From: Spirochaetia bacterium
GTDB taxonomy: Bacteria > Spirochaetota > Spirochaetia > CAKZLE01
Length of the DNA: 64,000 nucleotides
Assembly: GCA_963677595.1 (NCBI GenBank)
Contig: OY782041.1
Coordinates: 2,496,001-2,560,000 of the forward strand
Direction of reading: 5' to 3'
Below the pieces are notes generated by a model. That model worked only from the letters and a program-made list of their open reading frames with translations. It was not told where the DNA came from and did no database searches. This document shows positions 41,538-49,531 of this stretch, one piece after another (positions within the stretch are counted from its first letter, which is position 1; every line of letters begins with the position of its first letter). Made by a program: the position numbers and the translations under genes.

Positions 41538-42263
41538 ATGAATGATATCCATAAAGGCGAATATAACAGCAGTCTCCTATCTCCCATAAACAGACCGAAG
41601 GTCACAGACCTGGTCGTGGAGAAGATCCTGGAACTGATTGAGAATAATACCCTGCTTCCCGGAGATAAACTCCCCTCACAGCGTGAACTTGAACGCCTGC
41701 TGAATGTCAGCCGTTCCACGCTGCGTGAGGCTCTGTCCGGTTTGATCATGACCGGGTATATAGAATCAAGGGTAGGTTCCGGGTTCTATGTGAAGGAACG
41801 GGAACCGGAGTACGGAGTAGATGGGGTCTCGGGAGAGGATCGTGATGAACTCGTACATTCGCTCTATGAAGCCAGGATCTATATCGAACCGATCCTTACC
41901 GGCCTGGCGGCAAAACGTGCAACAGATGAAGAGATAGCAAGTCTCTATAAGATCGTCGCTGATATCGAAGAGGCTCTTCCTTCCGAGGAGGCGATGCTCA
42001 TCGGGCTGCAGCTTCACCAGAGGATCGGCGAAGTGGCGGGGAATCCCTTCCTGGCTGATGTCGAGAAGAAGCTACTCAATGAGTTCAGCCGATTCATCCT
42101 CCATGTGTTCGATGACCCGGTCCTTTCAGACAAGGAACTCAACCTCCATATGGAGATCGTGAAAGCTATCGAGTCACATGATGTGCAGAAGGCAAGGCAG
42201 ATCGCTTTCGACCATATAAATAGTTTCGCTGAGGATCACGGCATAGAACTGGCTGGTTTCTAA
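41538..42263 (+). CDS. FadR/GntR family regulator
   Basis: PGDKLPSQREL...LNVSRSTLREAL...G.I....GSG; FCD-like C-terminus. Confidence 0.93.
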   Translation: MNDIHKGEYNSSLLSPINRPKVTDLVVEKILELIENNTLLPGDKLPSQRELERLLNVSRSTLREALSGLIMTGYIESRVGSGFYVKEREPEYGVDGVSGEDRDELVHSLYEARIYIEPILTGLAAKRATDEEIASLYKIVADIEEALPSEEAMLIGLQLHQRIGEVAGNPFLADVEKKLLNEFSRFILHVFDDPVLSDKELNLHMEIVKAIESHDVQKARQIAFDHINSFAEDHGIELAGF

Positions 42264-42330
42264 GACCCTGTGAATTGACATTCCCACAAACAGAAAACTC
42301 GTAGAACCATGCTCAAGGGCTGATCACGTC

Positions 42331-42504
42331 CTATAACCGCTCGATGAACTCCATGTAGGGTTCATGGATGATGGATTCAGGGATGCTGATGCCTGCCGGT
42401 ACCCCAGCGTCCCGGGTGATCAGCCTCCTGGCCTGCGGGGTAACGGATGAGCCCCTGACAGTCCGCCTATCTCACGCTGGAGTTTCCTTCGAGCAGGACT
42501 TCAT
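42331..42504 (-). pseudogene. Possible decayed small ORF spanning the right repeat
   Basis: GAGG-ATG at 42504, in-frame TGA at 42472-42474, frame continues to ...IHEPYMEFIERL-stop. Confidence 0.25.
42335..42366 (+). repeat. 32-bp direct repeat, right (att-like)
   Basis: Identical to 29993-30024. Confidence 0.9.
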
Positions 42505-42531
42505 ATCCTCGCCTGATTGTCTGCTTTATCC

Positions 42532-42618
42532 TATCCTTATCCAGAAGGATAATATGCCACCAAATTATCCTTACAGATAAGGATAATACACTTCAACATA
42601 TACCTGTACATAAGGATA
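42532..42618. repeat. Three TATCCTT-N6-AAGGATA palindromes (operator-like array)
   Basis: Copies at 42532-42551, 42566-42585 and 42599-42618 (third has a degenerate left arm). Confidence 0.65.
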
Positions 42619-42624
42619 TAGAAC

Positions 42625-42654
42625 GGGCTTCCCGGGACTATAGCCGGGAAGCCC
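42625..42654 (-). terminator. Hairpin downstream of the hydantoinase/oxoprolinase gene
   Basis: GGGCTTCCCGG-N8-CCGGGAAGCCC perfect 11-bp stem; weak T-tract. Confidence 0.6.
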
Positions 42655-42678
42655 ATACTGCAGCTATCAGGGATGCGG

Positions 42679-44238
42679 TTACTGCTTCAGGTCGCCGACC
42701 GCCTTCACCCTGATCCTGGTCGCGTTGCCGGGCAGGTAGGCAAGGGGAATATCCTCTACCTCCACGATCCTGATGGTATCAGGGGCTGCGCCGGCCTTGG
42801 CGGCCTCTTCGGTAGCGATCCTCTTAGCATCAGCGACCGCATCATCACGGGACATGGTATCAAGGGAGTAGACCCGTTCGATCTGGCCGCTGACCTGGGC
42901 GATAGCCGCACCGAGGGCGTTCGCGACCCCGAAGTTCTCCGGGCGGATGATCTGTTCGGTCCCGGAGATCTCATCACTGATCAGCAGGGAGCCTCCCCCT
43001 ACCAGTACGAGGGGTACCGGGTCCTTCGTGAGCTTCATCGAGTCGATCCCGTTCTGCACCAGCTGCATCATAGCCTCATGCGCTGCCTTCGCGGTATCGA
43101 GCGGTATACCCTCCACCCTGGACGGGTCCCCGAGTTCCGCCATGCCGAGGCGTACCGCGATGTCGGTAGCTGTCATGGTGGACCCGCCGAAGACCATGGC
43201 CTCTTCGGTGATCCGATAGCCGACGCTGTCAGGGCCGACGGTGATGCCATCTTCTGTCTCCCTGATGATCGTCCCGCCCCCGAGCCCGAGGGAGTTGAGG
43301 TCCGGCATCCTGAAATTCGTCCGTGCCCCGCCGATCTCGACAGCCAGGGAGGACTCCCGCGGGAAGCCCTGCCTGATGACGCCGACATCGCTGGTGGTCC
43401 CCCCGACATCAAGCACCATGGCATCCTCATAGCCGCTGAGGAACGATGCCCCGCGGATACTGTTCGTAGGCCCGCAGGCAATGGTAAGGATCGGGTATTC
43501 GATCGAATAGTCGATACTCATCAGCGTCCCGTCATTCTGGCAGAGGTAGACCTTCGCGGCAGTCACTCCCTCATCCTGCAGGGCCTTCCTGAACCCGAGT
43601 GCGGTAGACCTCGCGACCTTGTTGAGTGCGGCATTGAGGATGGCGGCATTCTCTCGTTCCAGCAGGCCGATGGAGGCGATCTCATGCGACTTGGTCACCG
43701 GGATATCCTCCCCGAGGATCTCCCGTGCCATCTCGGCGGCACGGTCCTCGTGGTCGTAGGATACCGGAGAGAAGATCGAGGTGATCGACAGCGCTTCCAC
43801 CGATCCCTTCATGGACTCCAGCGAGCTCCTTAGTTCCTGCTCATCAAGCGGGAAGATCTCCTTCCCGTTGAACTCGTGCCCGCCGGTTACGTGGTAGACC
43901 TGGCTGCTGACCGCAGCTATGAGGTCTTTAGGCCAGTCTATCATCGGTTCTATAGCCATACCGGCCGGTTTCCCGATCCTGATGACCCCGGTCTTGAGCA
44001 GCCGGCTCCTGGTGACGATCGCGTTGGTGGAATGGGTGGTGCCGAGCATGGCATAGGCAATATTCCCCCGGTCTATATCGATTTGGCCCAGGACCGAATG
44101 AAGGGCATCAAGGATCCCGTCGAACACATCCGTAGTGGTCGGCCGCTTGACCGAGGCTATGATATTCCGGTTATCGTCAACGATCACCGCGTCGGTGTTC
44201 GTCCCGCCGACATCTATACCGATTCTGTATTCCATCAT
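42679..44238 (-). CDS. Hydantoinase/oxoprolinase (HyuA-like) family protein
   Basis: IGIDVGGTNTD, GTTHSTNA, LERENAAILNA, GPTNSIRGA, DVGGTTSDVG, GLGGG; start overlaps the DUF917 stop. Confidence 0.92.
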   Translation of the reverse strand: MMEYRIGIDVGGTNTDAVIVDDNRNIIASVKRPTTTDVFDGILDALHSVLGQIDIDRGNIAYAMLGTTHSTNAIVTRSRLLKTGVIRIGKPAGMAIEPMIDWPKDLIAAVSSQVYHVTGGHEFNGKEIFPLDEQELRSSLESMKGSVEALSITSIFSPVSYDHEDRAAEMAREILGEDIPVTKSHEIASIGLLERENAAILNAALNKVARSTALGFRKALQDEGVTAAKVYLCQNDGTLMSIDYSIEYPILTIACGPTNSIRGASFLSGYEDAMVLDVGGTTSDVGVIRQGFPRESSLAVEIGGARTNFRMPDLNSLGLGGGTIIRETEDGITVGPDSVGYRITEEAMVFGGSTMTATDIAVRLGMAELGDPSRVEGIPLDTAKAAHEAMMQLVQNGIDSMKLTKDPVPLVLVGGGSLLISDEISGTEQIIRPENFGVANALGAAIAQVSGQIERVYSLDTMSRDDAVADAKRIATEEAAKAGAAPDTIRIVEVEDIPLAYLPGNATRIRVKAVGDLKQ

Positions 44239-45329
44239 TGGGCCTCCTGCTTCGCGGCGAGCTGCTCTATCGGTGTGTAATCGAGGTCGTACCCGAAGTA
44301 TCGCGGGCCGACCGTCTCGATCCCCTTCGGGGTCCTCCATTTCTGGTCACAGGGGATCCCGATGACCGCGACTCTCCTGCCGAACTTGAGGGTCTCGGTC
44401 GTCACGGGGATAGCCGTATCCACATCCAGGATGCAGATGAGGTCAGGTACTGATGCGACGACCTTTCCGTCCCGATGGGCGACCAGGTTCTCGTTCTGGA
44501 AGCTGACCTCCATCGACCCTCCGGTATACTCATCGATCCCGCTGAGTCTGCAGAGTCCCCGGTTGAAGCCCCCCTTGATGTCCCTGCTGACATCGGTGAT
44601 CTTTCCCTTGAATAGTTCATACCCCCGGGTGATCTCCAGCAGCTCCCCGATGGGGTTCGCATTGTCCTTCCGTGCATCGGCGATGACCCGGCCGATCTGC
44701 TCGGAGAAACTCATGATGCCTGCGATCCCTGAATCCTTGACCTGGGACCCCAGCATCGAGTAGATACTGATCATGACTGACGCTCCCATGGTGACCGTGC
44801 AGACCCGTGCGATCTCCTCAGCCCAGTTGTTGGAGATCGTCTGGAGGATCACGCTGTTCCCCTTCTCATCGACGATCACCATCGGGCTTGCCGGGATACC
44901 GTCAAGGTGGTAGGTAACCATCTGCAGCTCCGGGAAGGCCCGTCCCATCCCGTCCGCATCGACGAGGGGGATCCCGAGCTGTGCCGCAACGGCGATCGGT
45001 ATCATGGAATTGACCCCGCCGGCCTCGATGGGGATGGTCGCATAGACCTTCTTCCCGAGCACCTCCTCGAGTCCCTTGAACGCGGTGATGAACTCCTCCC
45101 CGTTGGGGATCTTCTCGATGATGACGATCGGTGCGCCCATCATGGCTGACGGGACGACCAGTGCATCATCAGGGAGTTCCTCAGGTGAGAGGAGTTGGAC
45201 CGGGCCGTACTTCCTGATGGCATTCAGGGCCATCAGCCGCCCGATATGGGGGTCTCCCCCGCCTCCTGTGCCAAGTAAAGACGCTCCAAGCGCTATATGC
45301 TCTATAGCCTGTTCGTCTAACAATCTCAT
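44235..45329 (-). CDS. DUF917 family protein (S-methyl-thiohydantoin desulfurase-like)
   Basis: LGTGGGGDP, MGAP...EK, IEAGGVNS, VDADGMGRAFPELQM, FQNENL, VPDLI. Confidence 0.9.
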   Translation of the reverse strand: MRLLDEQAIEHIALGASLLGTGGGGDPHIGRLMALNAIRKYGPVQLLSPEELPDDALVVPSAMMGAPIVIIEKIPNGEEFITAFKGLEEVLGKKVYATIPIEAGGVNSMIPIAVAAQLGIPLVDADGMGRAFPELQMVTYHLDGIPASPMVIVDEKGNSVILQTISNNWAEEIARVCTVTMGASVMISIYSMLGSQVKDSGIAGIMSFSEQIGRVIADARKDNANPIGELLEITRGYELFKGKITDVSRDIKGGFNRGLCRLSGIDEYTGGSMEVSFQNENLVAHRDGKVVASVPDLICILDVDTAIPVTTETLKFGRRVAVIGIPCDQKWRTPKGIETVGPRYFGYDLDYTPIEQLAAKQEAQ

Positions 45330-45404
45330 ATATGTTGCCTCCAAAAACACACGTGCAGGACTGCCTGCAGATGAGTCAGTCCTGCATTCGTATGGAATGA
45401 TCTC

Positions 45405-46694
45405 TTATGCTTCTGCTTCTGCAGCGGGAGCTGCCTTCGTGACCAGGACCTTGCTGAGGACGAGGTAGAGCACTCCCGCGATGACGATAGCGTTGACAGC
45501 CTGTGATCCCCAGCTGACGAAGAGCCCGACGAGGGAGCCTGCAAGCCAGGAGATGATCCCTGCCCAGTTGACGCCGGGAACCGGCTTCCAGTTCTCTGCC
45601 CGGCCCCGGTTCATGATCCAGTAGTCGGCGATCATGACTCCCGCGATCGGCGTGATCCCTGCAGTCAGAACCGTAAGGAAGGAGATGAAGTAGTTGATGA
45701 TGCCCGAGATGGCGAGGATGGTCCCGATGCCGCCGGCAACTGCGGTAGCCAACGCCCGCTTGTTACCCTTGAGGTTCAGCATGTTCGTGATCGCCAGCCC
45801 GCCGGAGTATGCGTTGACCGCATTGGTCGTCCAGGTCGCCAGGATGAGGATGATGAACCCGAGTACCGGGAAGCCCAGTGTGCTCACGACCTGCGTGATA
45901 TCATAGGTGCCCGCTACTACGGACATGAGTGCCCCTGCGACGAGGAGGGCTGTCCCGATGGGAAGTACCCCGACGACAGACGAGAGGATGGATCCGGACC
46001 GGTCCTTCGCATACCGGGAGTAGTCGCCGGCAATGACGCCGCCTACAGCGAACCCGCCAACCGAGATGGCGACTCCCTGGAAGAATGACATCCCGCCGGT
46101 CGATGAATGGGCAGCGAGCCCTTCCATGCCGTAATTCTTGAGTGCCATGGTCGTGCCGTAAACGGCGAGCAGGATGAGGGCGGGTACGGCGATGTAATTG
46201 AGGTAGGAGAGTGCCTTATACCCGAGTATGGCGGTTGTCAGCATGATGATCCCCCAGATCAGGGAAGAGAGCCATACGGGGAATGCGACACCAAGCTGGC
46301 CCATGAACCCTGAGAAGGAGGCTCCTGTCACGGCTGTCTGCACCCCGAACCAGCCCATGACTGAGACCCCGAGGACGAGTGAGATGATGAAGCCTGATCC
46401 TTTGATACCGAATGCGGAGGATGCGTTGATCACCGTCGGTCTGCCCAGGTCAGATCCCTGCATGCCCTGGAAGGTCATGAAGATCACGACGATGAGGTAT
46501 CCCACGATACCTGCAGCGATTCCCTGCCCGAGCGGCATTCCCGAAACGATCGCCCCTCCTACCATCAGTGAGGGGACCGATATGACGGCCCCGGCCCAGA
46601 TCAGCGCAATACTCAGCCATGATCGTCTCTGATTGGCTGGGACCTGTTCAAGGGCGACCTGCTCAACGAACCCTGATTTCTTTTCTTCTACCAT
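45405..46694 (-). CDS. Cytosine permease / NCS1 family transporter
   Basis: About 12 TM segments; AFG..GS, GWFGVQ, DYSRYA, WTTNAVNAYS. Confidence 0.9.
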   Translation of the reverse strand: MVEEKKSGFVEQVALEQVPANQRRSWLSIALIWAGAVISVPSLMVGGAIVSGMPLGQGIAAGIVGYLIVVIFMTFQGMQGSDLGRPTVINASSAFGIKGSGFIISLVLGVSVMGWFGVQTAVTGASFSGFMGQLGVAFPVWLSSLIWGIIMLTTAILGYKALSYLNYIAVPALILLAVYGTTMALKNYGMEGLAAHSSTGGMSFFQGVAISVGGFAVGGVIAGDYSRYAKDRSGSILSSVVGVLPIGTALLVAGALMSVVAGTYDITQVVSTLGFPVLGFIILILATWTTNAVNAYSGGLAITNMLNLKGNKRALATAVAGGIGTILAISGIINYFISFLTVLTAGITPIAGVMIADYWIMNRGRAENWKPVPGVNWAGIISWLAGSLVGLFVSWGSQAVNAIVIAGVLYLVLSKVLVTKAAPAAEAEA

Positions 46695-46726
46695 GTGTAG
46701 CTCCTTATGTGTATTGCTCCTCTCTA

Positions 46727-46742
46727 TGCAATCGGGATGCCA
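46727..46742 (-). promoter_or_regulatory. sigma54 (-24/-12) promoter of the permease-DUF917-hyuA operon
   Basis: Minus strand TGGCATCCCGATTGCA matches GG-N10-GC; divergent sigma54 activator adjacent. Confidence 0.85.
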
Positions 46743-46752
46743 ACTGTGTTCG

Positions 46753-46853
46753 TCTCATGCATGCACGGCAAAAAGTGAGAAACCACACTGGAAAGAGCAG
46801 GTTTAATGCGTGTGGTGAAAATATTTGAGAAAATATTGAGAAATAGTGAGAAT
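46753..46853. promoter_or_regulatory. Candidate enhancer (UAS) sites
   Basis: TCTCA(46753)...TGAGA(46776) inverted pair and phased TGAGAA repeats at 46826, 46837 and 46847. Confidence 0.45.
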
Positions 46854-48423
46854 CACGATAGAATACCCTATGGATTATACCATAGCAGCCCTCGAGGATT
46901 ATTTCAGCTGTTCTATCTCACTGCTTACCACACCGCTCGCCTCTGCCGAGACGCAGGACCTCATTCCCCGCTACGACGGGAAGGAGACGACCATCTCCAT
47001 AGATTCGAGGCGCCTCCCGGCTGAGATCCTCCTGAGGTGGAGATTCCCCGGGGAACGGCACTTCTCGCCGAACGAGCTCGCCCATATCCTGCTCTGCTCA
47101 CGGATGATCGGCCAGAAACATGCCGAGCAGGGACAGCTGTACCGTACTGACCTGTTTCGCCAGTTCTCGATGGTTCTCGGGGGACGTTCAGGGGAGTCCA
47201 TCGTGCTCATGGATGAGAAGCACCAGGTGATCTACCAGAACAGCGCTGCCAGGGACCGCAGGATCGTCAGCCGGTTCGAGGACTACCTGCAGCAGACGGA
47301 GGACAGGCTCGTTGATACCCGGATCGAGCACACCATCCTCCTCGGGGGTACCGCCCCGCTGCAGCTGCAGGTGAGGAACCTCTATCAGGGGAAAGTCTAC
47401 CTCGGAAGGATGATCACCGCAGTCCTGCAGGTCCGGGTCCCTGAATCCCAGAAGGCACCCCGGAAGGGGGCTGACGGCTTCCTCCACATCCTCGGGAAGG
47501 GTGGACAGCTTCCCAAGACTATGAGGATCGCCAGGAAGGCAGCCCTCACTGACTCGACCATCCTGCTCAGGGGGGAGAGCGGGACGGGTAAGGAACAGTT
47601 CGCCAGGGCTATCCATGGGCTCTCCCAGCGGAGGGACCGGCCCTTCGTCGCGATCAACTGTGCCGCGATCCCGGAGAACCTGCTCGAGAGTGAGCTCTTC
47701 GGCTATGAGGAGGGATCCTTCACCGGTGCCGTGAAAGGGGGGAAGATCGGGAAGATCGAGGCTGCGGAGACAGGGACGATCTTCCTCGATGAGATCGGGG
47801 ACATGCCACCGCATCTCCAGGCAAAACTCCTGAGGGTACTGCAGGAGCGTGAGTTCGAACGGGTGGGGGGGACCGACCCGATCAGGGTCGATGTCAGGTT
47901 CATCAGCGCAACCCACAGGGATCTCTCAGAACTCATGGAGCAGGGGACCTTCCGCCCGGACCTCTACTACCGGCTGAACGTCATACCGATCAATATACCG
48001 GCATTGCGGGAGCATCCGCAGGATATCGGGATCATGCTCAGCCATTACCTGAAGAAGTATGCCCTGCAGTCGAACCGCGGGTTCTGCTTCTTCTCCTATG
48101 AGGCCCTGGAACTGCTCAACTCCTATGCCTGGCCGGGAAACATCAGGGAGCTTGAGAACGTGGTCCAGTACTGCATGACCATGACCTCCTCAGATGAGAT
48201 CGGGGTGGAGGACCTGCCGCCCGGCATCATCGTGAGGAAGCAGAGCATCCGGGATGAGGACCTGCTGTCTTCGACCGCGGGGAAGCGGAAAGCTGCACGA
48301 TACGAGATCCTGAAGCTCATCGATTATTTCGGTGACTCCACCGAGGGGAAGCAGCGTGCCGCGAACCACCTAGGGATCAGCACTGCCACACTCTACCGAA
48401 GACTGCAGGGAGGCGGATCATGA
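46846..48423 (+). CDS. sigma54-dependent enhancer-binding transcriptional activator
   Basis: GESGTGKE, INCAAIPENLLESELFG, GSFTGA, FLDEIGD, WPGNIREL, C-terminal Fis HTH. Confidence 0.93.
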   Translation: MRITIEYPMDYTIAALEDYFSCSISLLTTPLASAETQDLIPRYDGKETTISIDSRRLPAEILLRWRFPGERHFSPNELAHILLCSRMIGQKHAEQGQLYRTDLFRQFSMVLGGRSGESIVLMDEKHQVIYQNSAARDRRIVSRFEDYLQQTEDRLVDTRIEHTILLGGTAPLQLQVRNLYQGKVYLGRMITAVLQVRVPESQKAPRKGADGFLHILGKGGQLPKTMRIARKAALTDSTILLRGESGTGKEQFARAIHGLSQRRDRPFVAINCAAIPENLLESELFGYEEGSFTGAVKGGKIGKIEAAETGTIFLDEIGDMPPHLQAKLLRVLQEREFERVGGTDPIRVDVRFISATHRDLSELMEQGTFRPDLYYRLNVIPINIPALREHPQDIGIMLSHYLKKYALQSNRGFCFFSYEALELLNSYAWPGNIRELENVVQYCMTMTSSDEIGVEDLPPGIIVRKQSIRDEDLLSSTAGKRKAARYEILKLIDYFGDSTEGKQRAANHLGISTATLYRRLQGGGS

Positions 48424-49523
48424 TACTGTTCACGAAGGAGATGATAAAACCGCTCTACTACGGATCGCTCATGACTGCCTGCGGGGGCGGCGAGTACTCT
48501 GATCACCTCCCGATCATCGTGGAGAAGATGGTCGAGCGCAACGGCCCGGTCCGGTGCATCGGATTGGATGAACTCGAGCCCTCGGCTACCTCCCTCACGA
48601 CAGGCATCATGGGAAGCATGCTGGAAGCAAGCCTCCAGACCGGTGATGAGGGGAGGCAGGTGGTTGAACGGTTCTGCAGCCAGCTGCAGATCGATATCCA
48701 GGCCCTCTTCACGATCGAGGCTTCCAGCCTCAACGTGCTCTACCCCCTCCTCGTCTCCTCCCTCATGGGGATCCCGATCATCGATGGGGACTGTATGGGG
48801 CGAGCCTTCCCCGAGTTCCAGATGACCACGGCCGAGGCAGCGGGTGAGAAGATCGCCCCGATGAGCATCCTGACACCGAAAGGTGCCTATTATTTCTTCG
48901 AGGATATGGAGAACCTGCTCTTCGAGGTCCAGGCACGTGAGATCGTGAGCCATGATACGGGGATCGCCTATTTTGCCGGCTTCCCCCTCGATACTGCCAG
49001 GATCCGGTCGATCATGATCCCCGGTACCCTCTCCTTCAACTATACGGTCGGGAGCTGCTTCATGGGGGTCTCCTCCTATGCCGAACTGTTCTCACGGCTG
49101 CAGGAGGTCACGAAGAACAGCATCTACGGTTGTGCTGTGGAACTCTTCACCGGGACCGTCTCGACGCTCGCTACAGCTTCCGACGGGGGGAGGAGCTGGC
49201 TGAATGTCAGGGTGAAGGGGTACGGGACCTACCAGAACAGTGAGTTCTCCGTCCTCTCCCAGAATGAGGCCCTCATCGCATTCCGGGACAATGCGGTAGC
49301 TGCCATGGTGCCCGACCTGATCACCCTGGTCGATCTGCGGACCTTGAAGCCGTTCTCGATCACGGCGATACACGAGGATATGCGAATAGCAGTGATCGGG
49401 ATACCTGCACCGGTCCGTCTGAAGACGAAGTCGATGCTGAACGTACTCGGCCCTGCCTGTTTCGGGTATAACAAGGAGTATGTTCCCCTTGAGACCATCT
49501 ACTCATCCTGGTACTTCTCATAG
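48420..49523 (+). CDS. Divergent DUF917 paralog
   Basis: DGDCMGRAFPEFQM, QNE.L, VPDLI retained; Gly-rich motif altered to TACGGGEYS; ATGA overlap with the activator. Confidence 0.82.
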   Translation: MILFTKEMIKPLYYGSLMTACGGGEYSDHLPIIVEKMVERNGPVRCIGLDELEPSATSLTTGIMGSMLEASLQTGDEGRQVVERFCSQLQIDIQALFTIEASSLNVLYPLLVSSLMGIPIIDGDCMGRAFPEFQMTTAEAAGEKIAPMSILTPKGAYYFFEDMENLLFEVQAREIVSHDTGIAYFAGFPLDTARIRSIMIPGTLSFNYTVGSCFMGVSSYAELFSRLQEVTKNSIYGCAVELFTGTVSTLATASDGGRSWLNVRVKGYGTYQNSEFSVLSQNEALIAFRDNAVAAMVPDLITLVDLRTLKPFSITAIHEDMRIAVIGIPAPVRLKTKSMLNVLGPACFGYNKEYVPLETIYSSWYFS

Positions 49524-49531
49524 GCGGCGGT

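Larger units (their letters stand above)
29993..42366. mobile_element. Genomic island of about 12.3 kb carrying a catabolic gene cluster
   Basis: Exact 32-bp direct repeats at both ends; lower GC over much of the interior; all genes co-oriented; no integrase seen. Confidence 0.75.

Noticed and set aside
42472-42474. In-frame TGA as possible selenocysteine
   Set aside because: No recognisable selenoprotein motif or clear SECIS hairpin; decay is the simpler explanation.
42532-42618. Possible mini-CRISPR array
   Set aside because: Units are 20-bp palindromes with variable centres and only 13-14 bp gaps; no cas genes are present.
42673-43833. 386-aa plus-strand ORF
   Set aside because: Antisense to the well-supported hydantoinase/oxoprolinase gene.
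44239-44340. N-terminal extension of the HyuA-like ORF (likewise extended starts for dhaK, lipA, the kinase and the MFS gene in the ORF track)
   Set aside because: The extensions overlap upstream genes or lack an RBS; downstream ATGs follow good RBSs and match family starts.
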